A stretch of DNA of 64,000 nucleotides, taken from positions 13,881 through 77,880 of the forward strand of contig CAOJUB010000004.1 of NCBI GenBank assembly GCA_948443805.1, in the 5' to 3' direction. The stretch is from an uncultured Clostridia bacterium (GTDB taxonomy: Bacteria; Bacillota; Clostridia; Oscillospirales; UBA644). Position 1 is the stretch's first letter, and each line of letters starts with the position of its first letter. Under the pieces are notes generated by a model. That model worked only from the letters and a program-made list of their open reading frames with translations. It did not search any database and was not told the origin of the DNA. Both the position numbers and the translations under genes were made by a program. Shown here piece after piece: positions 55,852 through 64,000 of this stretch.

Positions 55852-56715
55852 ATGTCTGGTTTCAAAATCGGAATTATGGCGAATTCATTTCGTCTTCCGT
55901 TTAAAGAAAGCATTGAAGCAGCCAAAAAACTGGGCGGCGAAGGCGTTCAGGTTTATGCGGTTTACGGAGAAATGGCTCCAGAGAACCTCAATCAAACGCA
56001 GATTGCCGAAAAAAGAGATATTGTAAAAAGCAACGGTCTTGTTATTTCTGCTCTCTGCGGAGACCTTGGCGGACACGGATTTCAACTGCCGGAAGAAAAC
56101 GGTTGGAAAATTGAAAAATCAAAACGGATCATCGATCTGGCTCTTTCGCTTGATTCCCATATCGTCACTACGCATATCGGCGTTATCCCCGATGAGAAAA
56201 ACGACACGTATAAAACGATGCAGGAAGCCTGCAATACGCTTGCTGAATACGCAGAAAGCGTTGGCGCTTATTTCGCCATCGAAACCGGTCCGGAAAAAGC
56301 GTTCCTGCTCAAAGAATTTCTGGACGGTCTGTCATCAAAAGGGGTTCGGGTAAACTTTGATCCGGCAAATCTTGTTATGATTACCGGCGACGATCCCGTC
56401 AAAGCCGTTTATACGCTGAAGGACTATATTATCCATACGCATGCGAAAGACGGAATCCAATTCAAGCCCTCTGACCGGCACGAAGTCTACGGCTTTTTTG
56501 CTACCGGCCAGGGTGACATAAAAGTCTGGGATTATTTTGCAGAAGTTCCTCTCGGTCAGGGCAGCGTAGATTACAACGCCTATTTAGAGGCGCTCAAAGA
56601 TATCGGATACAACGGATTTTTGACAATCGAGAGAGAAGTCGGTGACGATCCGGCCGCCGACATCAAGCTTGCCGTTGAATTTTTAAGAAATAAGATAGGG
56701 GAAAAATGGAATTAG
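55852..56715 (+). CDS. Sugar phosphate isomerase/epimerase (xylose-isomerase-like TIM barrel)
   Basis: AP-endonuclease-2/xylose-isomerase-like TIM-barrel pattern (VTTHIG, FAIETG, HAKD, LTIERE metal ligands). Confidence 0.85.
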   Translation: MSGFKIGIMANSFRLPFKESIEAAKKLGGEGVQVYAVYGEMAPENLNQTQIAEKRDIVKSNGLVISALCGDLGGHGFQLPEENGWKIEKSKRIIDLALSLDSHIVTTHIGVIPDEKNDTYKTMQEACNTLAEYAESVGAYFAIETGPEKAFLLKEFLDGLSSKGVRVNFDPANLVMITGDDPVKAVYTLKDYIIHTHAKDGIQFKPSDRHEVYGFFATGQGDIKVWDYFAEVPLGQGSVDYNAYLEALKDIGYNGFLTIEREVGDDPAADIKLAVEFLRNKIGEKWN

Positions 56716-58487
56716 AAAACATTCTCTCAAGGGTACAAAAACCCGCCTGGTACAGCGGCGGAGAATATGGAAGCATCGTCAAAGACCTCTCACAGGTTGG
56801 TATCCGGTTTGGATTTTGTTTTCCGGATCTTTATGAGATCGGTATGTCTCATTTGGGTATCAAAATCTTATACCATTGTTTAAATACTATGCCGAATGTA
56901 TGGTGTGAACGGGTATTTATGCCGAATCTGGATATGGAAGAGGAAATGAAAAAAGAAAATATTCCTCTTTTTGCGTTGGAAAGCAAAGATCCGATCCGGG
57001 AATTTGATTTTGTCGGATTCACCCTGCAGTACGAAATGAGCTATACCAATGTGCTGAATATGCTTGCACTGGCGCAAATTCCGATGTTCTCCAAAAACAG
57101 AACCGATACGGATCCGATTGTGATTGCCGGAGGGCCATGCACCTGTAATCCGGAGCCAATTGCCGACTTTATTGATCTTTTTTCGATCGGCGAAGGGGAA
57201 GAACATCTGAAAACACTGATGAATCTTTATTTGAAATGCGGAAAAAACAGAACAAAGTTTTTGCAGGAAGCGGCAAAAATCGAAGGAACATACGTTCCCC
57301 AATATCCTCCTGAAAAACCGGTAAAAATGCAAAAAATTCAGGATTTGGATTCGGTAGAATATCCGGATCGTTTCGTGGTTCCTTTTTCACAGGTCGTACA
57401 CGACCGGGTTATGCTCGAAATCATGCGGGGATGCATCCGGGGATGCCGGTTCTGTCAAGCCGGTTTTCTCTACCGGCCTTTCCGTCAGAAAAGTCCGGAA
57501 ATTCTGATCGAACAGGCAAACAAACTCTGCAAGGAAACCGGTTACGATGAAATATCGCTGACCTCTCTATCCACCAGCGATTATGACAAACTGCCTGAAT
57601 TGTGCGACAATCTGCTCGTCTACTGTATGCCGCAGCATATCAACCTCTCGCTTCCCTCGCTTCGCGTAGACAATTTCACAAAAGAAATCCTGGAAAAAGT
57701 ACAGGCAACAAGAAAAAGCGGCCTAACTTTTGCGCCGGAAGCCGGAACGCAGAGACTTCGGGATGTGATCAATAAAAATGTTACCGAAGAAGAAATCGAA
57801 CATACCTGCCGGATCGCTTTTGAAGGCGGCTGTACAAGTGTAAAACTGTATTTTATGATCGGCCTGCCGACCGAAACCGACGAAGATATCAAAGGAATTG
57901 CAGAAACAGCACAGAAAATTGTTGATCTATACTATTCCCTTCCGGAAAAACCAAAAGGGAAAAGCATACAGGTTACCATTAGCTTAGCAACATTTGTTCC
58001 CAAACCCTTTACTCCTTTCCAATGGGAAAGCCAGATATCTCTGGAAGAAATCGAACGCAAGCAGAAATATCTGAAAAGCCAGATTACTTCCAAAAAAATC
58101 AAACTGAATTACCACGATGGAAAAACCAGCGTCATTGAGGGGGTTCTCGCCCGAGGCGACAGACGGCTCTCAAAAGTTCTGCTCAAAGTTTTTGAAAACG
58201 GCGGTAAACTTGACGCCTGGGATGAACATTTTTCTTATGAACGCTGGATTCAGGCCATCAACGATTGCGGACTTTCCGTAGAAGAATACGCCGGAAGAAA
58301 ACGGCCGTTCGACGAGCCTCTCCCCTGGGACATCATAGATATCGGCGTCTCAAAAGAATTCTTTATCCGGGAAAACAAAAAAGCTTATCAGGAAAAAACA
58401 ACGCCTTCCTGCAAATTACAGTGTGCCGGGTGCGGTATTACAGAATTATGTTCTGGGGATGTTTGTCCGGGAGGGAAAAAGCAATGA
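56706..58487 (+). CDS. B12-binding-domain radical SAM protein, TIGR03960-like
   Basis: CxxxCxxC cluster motif CIRGCRFCQAG, N-terminal B12-binding-like region, ~590 aa. Overlaps the upstream gene by 10 nt. Confidence 0.88.
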   Translation: MELENILSRVQKPAWYSGGEYGSIVKDLSQVGIRFGFCFPDLYEIGMSHLGIKILYHCLNTMPNVWCERVFMPNLDMEEEMKKENIPLFALESKDPIREFDFVGFTLQYEMSYTNVLNMLALAQIPMFSKNRTDTDPIVIAGGPCTCNPEPIADFIDLFSIGEGEEHLKTLMNLYLKCGKNRTKFLQEAAKIEGTYVPQYPPEKPVKMQKIQDLDSVEYPDRFVVPFSQVVHDRVMLEIMRGCIRGCRFCQAGFLYRPFRQKSPEILIEQANKLCKETGYDEISLTSLSTSDYDKLPELCDNLLVYCMPQHINLSLPSLRVDNFTKEILEKVQATRKSGLTFAPEAGTQRLRDVINKNVTEEEIEHTCRIAFEGGCTSVKLYFMIGLPTETDEDIKGIAETAQKIVDLYYSLPEKPKGKSIQVTISLATFVPKPFTPFQWESQISLEEIERKQKYLKSQITSKKIKLNYHDGKTSVIEGVLARGDRRLSKVLLKVFENGGKLDAWDEHFSYERWIQAINDCGLSVEEYAGRKRPFDEPLPWDIIDIGVSKEFFIRENKKAYQEKTTPSCKLQCAGCGITELCSGDVCPGGKKQ

Positions 58488-59116
58488 TTCGACTGGTTTT
58501 TTCAAAAAAAGGTCTAGCAAAATATATTTCACACCTTGATATGCAGCGAACGATGCAGCGAACCCTGCGACGCGCCGGTATCCCGGTCTGGTATTCGGAA
58601 GGCTTTAATCCCCACCCCTATCTTTGTTTCGCTTCTCCGCTTTCTGTTGGGATTGAAGGAGAAAACGAGATCATTGATTTTAGGCTGGCGGAGGAAATGC
58701 CTTTTGAAGAAATGAAAAGTCGTTTCAATCAAGCTTTTCCGCAAGGATTTACGGCAAAAGATATTTATGAAGGATTTGATCCGGTCAAAAATATCGCTTT
58801 TGCGGAATATACCCTAAGTTTTCCAAAAGATACGCAGCCCGCATTCGAGAAATTCTGGCAAAGAGACAGCATTCCTGTTTTAAAAAAGACAAAACGTGCC
58901 CAAAAAGAAATTGACTTAAAAGAAGAAAGTCAGACTGTCTCCCTGGCAGAAAACGGAGATTTTTTTGATTTTACCGTTATCCTTCCCTGCGGAAGCGAAA
59001 AAAATATTAATCCGCAGCTTATTGTTTCCGCCCTGGAAGAAAACGTTGGCAAAATCAACAGCTGCCGTATTATAAGAAACCGTTTTTACAAAACGGATCT
59101 GTCAATATTTCAATAA
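58484..59116 (+). CDS. Radical-SAM-associated protein, TIGR03936/DUF2344-like
   Basis: N-terminus MIRLVFSKKG..ISHLDMQRTMQRTLRRAGIP..YSEGFNPHP. ATGA overlap with the radical SAM stop. The longer track ORF start (58265) lies inside the upstream gene. Confidence 0.85.
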   Translation: MIRLVFSKKGLAKYISHLDMQRTMQRTLRRAGIPVWYSEGFNPHPYLCFASPLSVGIEGENEIIDFRLAEEMPFEEMKSRFNQAFPQGFTAKDIYEGFDPVKNIAFAEYTLSFPKDTQPAFEKFWQRDSIPVLKKTKRAQKEIDLKEESQTVSLAENGDFFDFTVILPCGSEKNINPQLIVSALEENVGKINSCRIIRNRFYKTDLSIFQ

Positions 59117-59135
59117 TTTTTAGGAGGAATATCAA

Positions 59136-60008
59136 ATGAAAGTAAGAAAAGCCGTTATTCTGGCAGCAGGACTCGGAACAAGAATGCTGCCGGCAACAAA
59201 ATCCGTTCCCAAAGAACTGTTTCCGATTGTAGACAAGCCTGCTCTGCAATATATCGTTGAAGAACTTGTCGACAGCGGTATCACCGATATTATGATCGTC
59301 CTTTCCAGAGGCAAAGATCTGATCGAAGAACATTTTGACAGATCGCCTGAACTGGAAACAAGACTGATTAACGGAAAGAAAACAAAACAGCTGGAAGAAA
59401 GCATTCATATTGCACAAATGGCCAATATTGTCTATGCCCGTCAGCAGGAAATTAACGGCACGGGCGGCGCACTTCAGGTGGCCAGAAGCTTTGTGGAAGG
59501 CGAACCTTTTGTGGTTCTTTACGGCGACGATGTCATCATCAACAAAGAAAACCCTGTTACCAAACAGCTGATTGACGCCTATGATAAATATGAAAAAGGG
59601 ATTGCCGGCGTTCAGGAAGTTTCCGAAGAAGCCATTCTCCGCTATTCGACCATGAAAGTCGAACACATCGAAAAAAATCTCTACCATTTAACGGACATGA
59701 TCGAAAAGCCCAAAAAAGAAGAGATTATCTCCCTGTTTACCATCCTGGGAAGAATCATTCTCCCCGCCGACATTTTTGATATTCTTGACCGGACTCCTGT
59801 CGCCGAAAACGGCGAACTACAGCTGACCGATGCAATGAAAATCATGGCGAATGAAACCGGTATGATTGCGGTCGATTTTGAAGGAAAACGGTATGATATC
59901 GGAAATAAGCTCAGCGTCATGCAGGCACAGGTTGAGATGTCGCTGAAGCACCCCGAAATCGGCGAAGACTTCAAAGCCTATCTGAAAGAATATGCAAAAA
60001 CTCTTTAA
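59136..60008 (+). CDS. galU: UTP--glucose-1-phosphate uridylyltransferase
   Basis: AVILAAGLGTRMLPATKSVPKE N-terminus and VEKP motif (MIEKPK). Confidence 0.95.
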   Translation: MKVRKAVILAAGLGTRMLPATKSVPKELFPIVDKPALQYIVEELVDSGITDIMIVLSRGKDLIEEHFDRSPELETRLINGKKTKQLEESIHIAQMANIVYARQQEINGTGGALQVARSFVEGEPFVVLYGDDVIINKENPVTKQLIDAYDKYEKGIAGVQEVSEEAILRYSTMKVEHIEKNLYHLTDMIEKPKKEEIISLFTILGRIILPADIFDILDRTPVAENGELQLTDAMKIMANETGMIAVDFEGKRYDIGNKLSVMQAQVEMSLKHPEIGEDFKAYLKEYAKTL

Positions 60009-60020
60009 AATAAAAAACAG

Positions 60021-60052
60021 GCGGTACAGTTGTTCTACTGTACCGCTTTTTT
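60021..60052. terminator. Bidirectional rho-independent terminator
   Basis: GCGGTACAG / CTGTACCGC stem, T6 downstream on plus and an A-run upstream. Serves galU and ftsH. Confidence 0.85.
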
Positions 60053-60079
60053 ATCTGATAAAATCAAAAATCTGAAGTT

Positions 60080-61894
60080 TTATTCTCCATGAAGAATCTT
60101 CAGAAATTCTTCGCCGGTAATCGTTTCCTTTTCATACAGAAATTTTGCCAGTTCATCCAATTTTTTACGGTTTTCATTCAGAATTGCAACGGCTTTTTCA
60201 TGCTGAATCCGTATGACTTCCACTACCCGTTTATCAATATCCGCCTGCGTTTGTGCAGAACAGGCAAGAGACGTATCTCCGCCGAGATATTGGTTTGTTA
60301 CCGTTTCCATAGCAACCATATCAAAATCAGCGCTCATACCGTAACGGGTAATCATCGCGCGGGCAATCTTCGTTGCCTGTTCAATATCGTTGGAAGCGCC
60401 GGTCGTAACCGAATGGAAAATCACTTCTTCCGCCGCACGGCCGCCGGTCAACGTAGCAATTTTATTTTCTAATTCCTCTTTAGACATCAAATAATGATTG
60501 CCTTCATCAACCTGCATAGTATATCCCAAAGCGCCGGAGGTTCTCGGAATAATAGTAATTTTCTGAACCGGAGCAGAATCCGTCTGTTTCGCCGCCACAA
60601 GCGCATGACCGATCTCATGATAAGCGACAATCATTTTTTCTTTATCCGTTAAAATTGCGTTTTTCTTCTGATAACCGGCAATAACAACTTCAATGCTTTC
60701 TTCCAGATCAGACTGCGAAACCGTTTGCCGATGATTTCTTACGGCGGAAAGCGCCGCTTCATTGATAATATTCGCCAGCTCAGCGCCGGACGCACCGGAT
60801 GCCATTCGCGCAATCGCCGTATAATCGATGTTTTTATCCGTTTTTACTTTTTTCGCATGAACCCGGAGAATTTCTTCCCGGCCCTTCAAATCCGGAAGCT
60901 CCACCGGAATTCTGCGGTCAAAGCGTCCCGGTCGGGTTAAAGCCGGATCAAGAGATTCCGGACGGTTTGTTGCCGCAAGAATAATAACGCCGGTATTCCC
61001 GTCAAACCCATCCATTTCTGTAAGAAGCTGATTCAGCGTTTGTTCACGCTCATCATTGCCTCCGATATTGCCGTCTCTTTTTTTGCCGATCGTATCAATC
61101 TCATCGATAAACACAATGCAGGGCGCTTTCTCCTTTGCCTGCTTAAACAAATCCCGGACTTTTGATGCCCCCATACCGACGAACATCTCAACAAATTCCG
61201 AACCGGATATTGAAAAAAACGGCACGTTTGCTTCGCCGGCAACGGCTTTAGCAAGCATGGTTTTACCGGTTCCCGGAGGGCCCACAAGCAAAAGACCTTT
61301 CGGCATAGAAGCCCCGATCTCCGTATACCGCGAAGGCGTATGAAGATAATCGACAATTTCCGCCAAACTTTCTTTGGCCTCATCTTCTCCGGCCACATCT
61401 TTAAATTTAATTCCCGAGGTGGATTTTACATAAATTTTTGCATTGCTTTTTCCCATTCCGAACATCATGGAATTTCCGCCGCCGGCACGTTCCATCATTT
61501 TTTTAGACATATACTGCCCTAAAACAATAAAAATTGCGATAGGCAAAATCCAGGACAGAATAAAACTCAAAATCGGAGAAGTTTCCTCGATAATTTCACT
61601 CGAAAAGACAGCTTTGGCTTCATACAACCGCTGAATTAAACCCATATCCTCCATAGGGCCGGTCTTAAAAATTTTGCTTTCATCCTTGTTGGTAAAAAGA
61701 ATCTGGTTCTTCTGAATTTCAACTTTTCCAATATCCTTTTCTTCCGTCATCTGCATAAAGGTTCCGTAATCAACTTCACTAACCCGCAGTTGTTCCAGAT
61801 AAGGAATAAACAAAAAATTAAAAGCAAGAATAACCAGCGCTACAATACCATAATAGAAAATCAACGGTCTTTTCGGTTTTTTTACTTCGTTCAT
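60080..61894 (-). CDS. ftsH: ATP-dependent zinc metalloprotease FtsH
   Basis: AAA+ Walker [18 protein letters not shown] zinc motif. ATG 61894 lies 6 nt after GGAG. Confidence 0.97.
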   Translation of the reverse strand: MNEVKKPKRPLIFYYGIVALVILAFNFLFIPYLEQLRVSEVDYGTFMQMTEEKDIGKVEIQKNQILFTNKDESKIFKTGPMEDMGLIQRLYEAKAVFSSEIIEETSPILSFILSWILPIAIFIVLGQYMSKKMMERAGGGNSMMFGMGKSNAKIYVKSTSGIKFKDVAGEDEAKESLAEIVDYLHTPSRYTEIGASMPKGLLLVGPPGTGKTMLAKAVAGEANVPFFSISGSEFVEMFVGMGASKVRDLFKQAKEKAPCIVFIDEIDTIGKKRDGNIGGNDEREQTLNQLLTEMDGFDGNTGVIILAATNRPESLDPALTRPGRFDRRIPVELPDLKGREEILRVHAKKVKTDKNIDYTAIARMASGASGAELANIINEAALSAVRNHRQTVSQSDLEESIEVVIAGYQKKNAILTDKEKMIVAYHEIGHALVAAKQTDSAPVQKITIIPRTSGALGYTMQVDEGNHYLMSKEELENKIATLTGGRAAEEVIFHSVTTGASNDIEQATKIARAMITRYGMSADFDMVAMETVTNQYLGGDTSLACSAQTQADIDKRVVEVIRIQHEKAVAILNENRKKLDELAKFLYEKETITGEEFLKILHGE

Positions 61895-62004
61895 TACAAT
61901 CTCCATTCCGCTGCGCAGCCGCGCTGCTATCTGTAAGGTTATAATAACACATAATATAGAATATTTCAACAAAAAATTGTGATTTTTTTAATAATTTCAT
62001 ACAG

Positions 62005-62044
62005 AAAAAGAAATCGACCGCTGTTTATCAGCAATCGATTCTTT
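62005..62044 (-). terminator. Hairpin terminator downstream of valS
   Basis: On the minus strand AAAGAATCGATTGCTG pairs with CAGCGGTCGATTTCTTT (one bulge, two G-U pairs), followed by a T-run. Confidence 0.65.
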
Positions 62045-62085
62045 CCCCTGCCCCCAAACGAATCATCGTCCAAGGGAAAAATAAA

Positions 62086-64000
62086 TTAAAGATCGGCATA
62101 GACCTTTCTGACATTTTCAAGTTGTTTCATATAATCAGCACGCTTGGCTTTTTCTTCTTCAATTACTTTCTGCGGCGCTTTCGCAAGAAAACCTTCATTT
62201 GAAAGCTTCTTATCCACACGAGAAATTTCAGCAAGCAAACGCTGTTCTTCTTTTTTCAGACGGTCTTTTTCCTTTTCGATATCAACCAAATCGCCAATCG
62301 GAATAAAGGCCTTAGCATCGGCGGTTACGATTGCCGCCATTTTATCGGAAGACGAAAGACCACTGAAAGAAATATTCTCCGCACCGGCAAGGCGCTTTAA
62401 AAATTCGGTTCCCTGACGATAAAGATTCTGATTTTCACTTTCAATATAAAGCGATGTCTTTCTGGACATCGGAACATTCATCGATGTTCTTACCTGACGA
62501 ATCTGCTTGATCAGTTCCATTACATATTCCATGGCTTTTGCAGATTCAGAGAAAACCAGGTCTTCACGGAACGCCGGATAGGAAGCAACCACCAATGCCT
62601 CGCCTTCATGCGGCAGCGACTGCCAAATTTCTTCGGTAATAAACGGCATAAACGGATGCAGTAAAGCCAGCGTATTTGAAAGAACATATACCAAGACATT
62701 CTGTGCGGAAAACCTGGTCTCTTCATCTTTATTTGTTTCAAAAAGACGCGGTTTTACCAACTCGATATACCAGTCGCAGAATTTATCCCAGATAAAATCA
62801 TACAGCTTCTGCGCGGCAACACCGAGTTCGCATTTATCCAGATTTTCCCGGACACTTTTTACGGTCTCATTCATCTCATGAAGAATCCACTGGTCTTCAA
62901 TCTGCAGGTTTTCCGGAATGTCAGCATGATCAATCGTAATATACGTCATAGCGAAACGGGCAGCATTCCAAATTTTATTGACAAAATTACGGTACGCTTT
63001 AATTTCCTCTTCATTAAACCGCATATCGTTTCCCGGTGCATTTCCCATAATCAGATCGAACCGAAGCGCATCGGCTCCGTATTTTTCAATCATATCCAAA
63101 GGATCAACGCCGTTTCCAAGCGATTTAGAAAATTTTCTTCCCTGACTATCACGGATCAAACCATGAATAAACACTGTGTGGAACGGTTCTTTTCCGGTAT
63201 GTTCAAGTCCCGAAAAAATCATCCGGGAAACCCAGAAAGGAATAATGTCATATCCGGTTACCAATACCGAAGTCGGGTAAAAATACTCTAAATCTTCTGT
63301 TTTTTCCGGCCATCCAAGCGTAGAAAAAGGCCAGAGCGCCGAGGAGAACCAGGTATCCAAGACATCTTCATCCTGCCGAACTTTCGCCCCGCATTTCGGA
63401 CAAACATCTATATCTTCTTTGGAAACCATCATTTCCCCGCATTGATCGCAATAATAGGCAGGAATGCGATGACCCCACCACAACTGACGGGAAATACACC
63501 AATCCCGGATATTTTCCATCCAATGAATATAATTTGTCTCAAACCGATCGGGGATAAAATGAATCCGCCCCTCTTTTACCGCATCAATTGCCGGTTTGGC
63601 TAACGGAACCATTTTGACGAACCATTGTTTAGAAGTCATCGGTTCCACATCGGTCTTACAACGGTAACAGGTTCCGACATTGTGCATATGCTCTTCAATT
63701 TTAACCAGATAGCCACCAGCCTGAAGGTCTTCTATAATTTTTTCCCGTGCTTCATAACGGTCCAGCCCCTGATACGAACCGCCGTTTTCATTAATTTTTG
63801 CATTACCGTCAAAAACGAGAATCTGTTCCAGATTATGACGCAATCCAACTTCAAAATCGTTCGGATCATGCGCCGGCGTCATTTTCACACAACCGGTACC
63901 GAATTCCATGTCGACATACTCATCGGCAACAATCGGAATCTCGCGTCCGACAAGCGGTAAAATAACAGTTTTTCCGACAAGAGATGCATACCGTTCATCA
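62086..64000 (-). CDS. valS: Valine--tRNA ligase (3' two-thirds; gene continues beyond the window end)
   Basis: KMSKS region (KFSKSLGN), anticodon-binding and C-terminal coiled coil. The frame stays open upstream of the track Met (…YASLVGKTVILPLVGREIPIVADEYVDMEFGTG) to position 64000. Confidence 0.97.
   Translation of the reverse strand, partial: DERYASLVGKTVILPLVGREIPIVADEYVDMEFGTGCVKMTPAHDPNDFEVGLRHNLEQILVFDGNAKINENGGSYQGLDRYEAREKIIEDLQAGGYLVKIEEHMHNVGTCYRCKTDVEPMTSKQWFVKMVPLAKPAIDAVKEGRIHFIPDRFETNYIHWMENIRDWCISRQLWWGHRIPAYYCDQCGEMMVSKEDIDVCPKCGAKVRQDEDVLDTWFSSALWPFSTLGWPEKTEDLEYFYPTSVLVTGYDIIPFWVSRMIFSGLEHTGKEPFHTVFIHGLIRDSQGRKFSKSLGNGVDPLDMIEKYGADALRFDLIMGNAPGNDMRFNEEEIKAYRNFVNKIWNAARFAMTYITIDHADIPENLQIEDQWILHEMNETVKSVRENLDKCELGVAAQKLYDFIWDKFCDWYIELVKPRLFETNKDEETRFSAQNVLVYVLSNTLALLHPFMPFITEEIWQSLPHEGEALVVASYPAFREDLVFSESAKAMEYVMELIKQIRQVRTSMNVPMSRKTSLYIESENQNLYRQGTEFLKRLAGAENISFSGLSSSDKMAAIVTADAKAFIPIGDLVDIEKEKDRLKKEEQRLLAEISRVDKKLSNEGFLAKAPQKVIEEEKAKRADYMKQLENVRKVYADL

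Noticed and set aside
58265-58483. 73-codon N-terminal extension of the DUF2344-like ORF given in the ORF track
   Set aside because: The extension lies wholly inside the 3' end of the radical SAM gene in another frame and is Arg-rich junk. The conserved family N-terminus begins at ATG 58484, which forms an ATGA overlap with the upstream stop.
1-64000. Scan for CRISPR arrays, tRNA/rRNA genes, IS elements/transposases, prophage genes and toxin-antitoxin pairs
   Set aside because: I saw no regularly spaced direct repeats, no cloverleaf-compatible intergenic segments (all long spacers are AT-rich promoter/terminator regions), no transposase- or phage-like ORFs and no small adjacent TA-like gene pairs. 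A computational pass (tRNAscan-SE, Infernal/Rfam, CRISPR finders, ISfinder) would be needed to exclude them formally.

Overview
This 64-kb chromosomal window comes from a low-GC, endospore-forming Firmicute. It looks Clostridia-like because it has a spoVAC-spoVAD-spoVAE tricistron and spoIVA. All calls rest on reading the ORF track and the raw sequence by eye. No BLAST, HMM or folding was run, so family names are motif-level recognitions. I call about 60 protein-coding genes on both strands. Most are core housekeeping: ppdK, pth, mfd, pdxS/pdxT, potABCD, malic enzyme, ROK glucokinase, citrate synthase, coaX, tpiA, pgk, radA, galU, ftsH and the 3' two-thirds of valS, which runs off the right edge. 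I saw no rRNA, tRNA, CRISPR array, transposase/IS or prophage block. Many sigma-A-type promoters and hairpin-plus-U-tract terminators can be read directly and are listed. The accessory-looking parts are these. (1) The left 8 kb is visibly AT-rich. It holds a tyrosine recombinase translationally coupled to a small deaminase and preceded by a perfect 30-bp palindrome, a MerR-controlled four-gene cassette with a duplicated ligand-binding domain, an XRE-HTH fusion protein, and an overlapping sugar-transferase/VanZ/unknown trio. (2) There are two orphan genes of unknown function at 35.8 kb and 41.8 kb. (3) A six-gene envelope-polysaccharide-like operon lies at 44.0-50.2 kb. It contains two tandem Wzz-type co-polymerases fused to degenerate BY-kinase-like P-loop domains and has no glycosyltransferase, flippase or polymerase. 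A consensus promoter drives it. The predicted start site lies inside a 20-bp palindrome that recurs 102 bp downstream in a ~320-nt leader, and the two copies bracket a terminator pointing against the operon. (4) A transglutaminase-like lipoprotein is coupled to a DUF45-like protein that has lost its HExxH motif. (5) A TIGR03960/TIGR03936 radical-SAM pair is coupled to a sugar-phosphate isomerase. My best candidates for something undescribed are the 44-50.6 kb operon with its leader and the MerR cassette. Both are hypotheses that need database searches and experiments.
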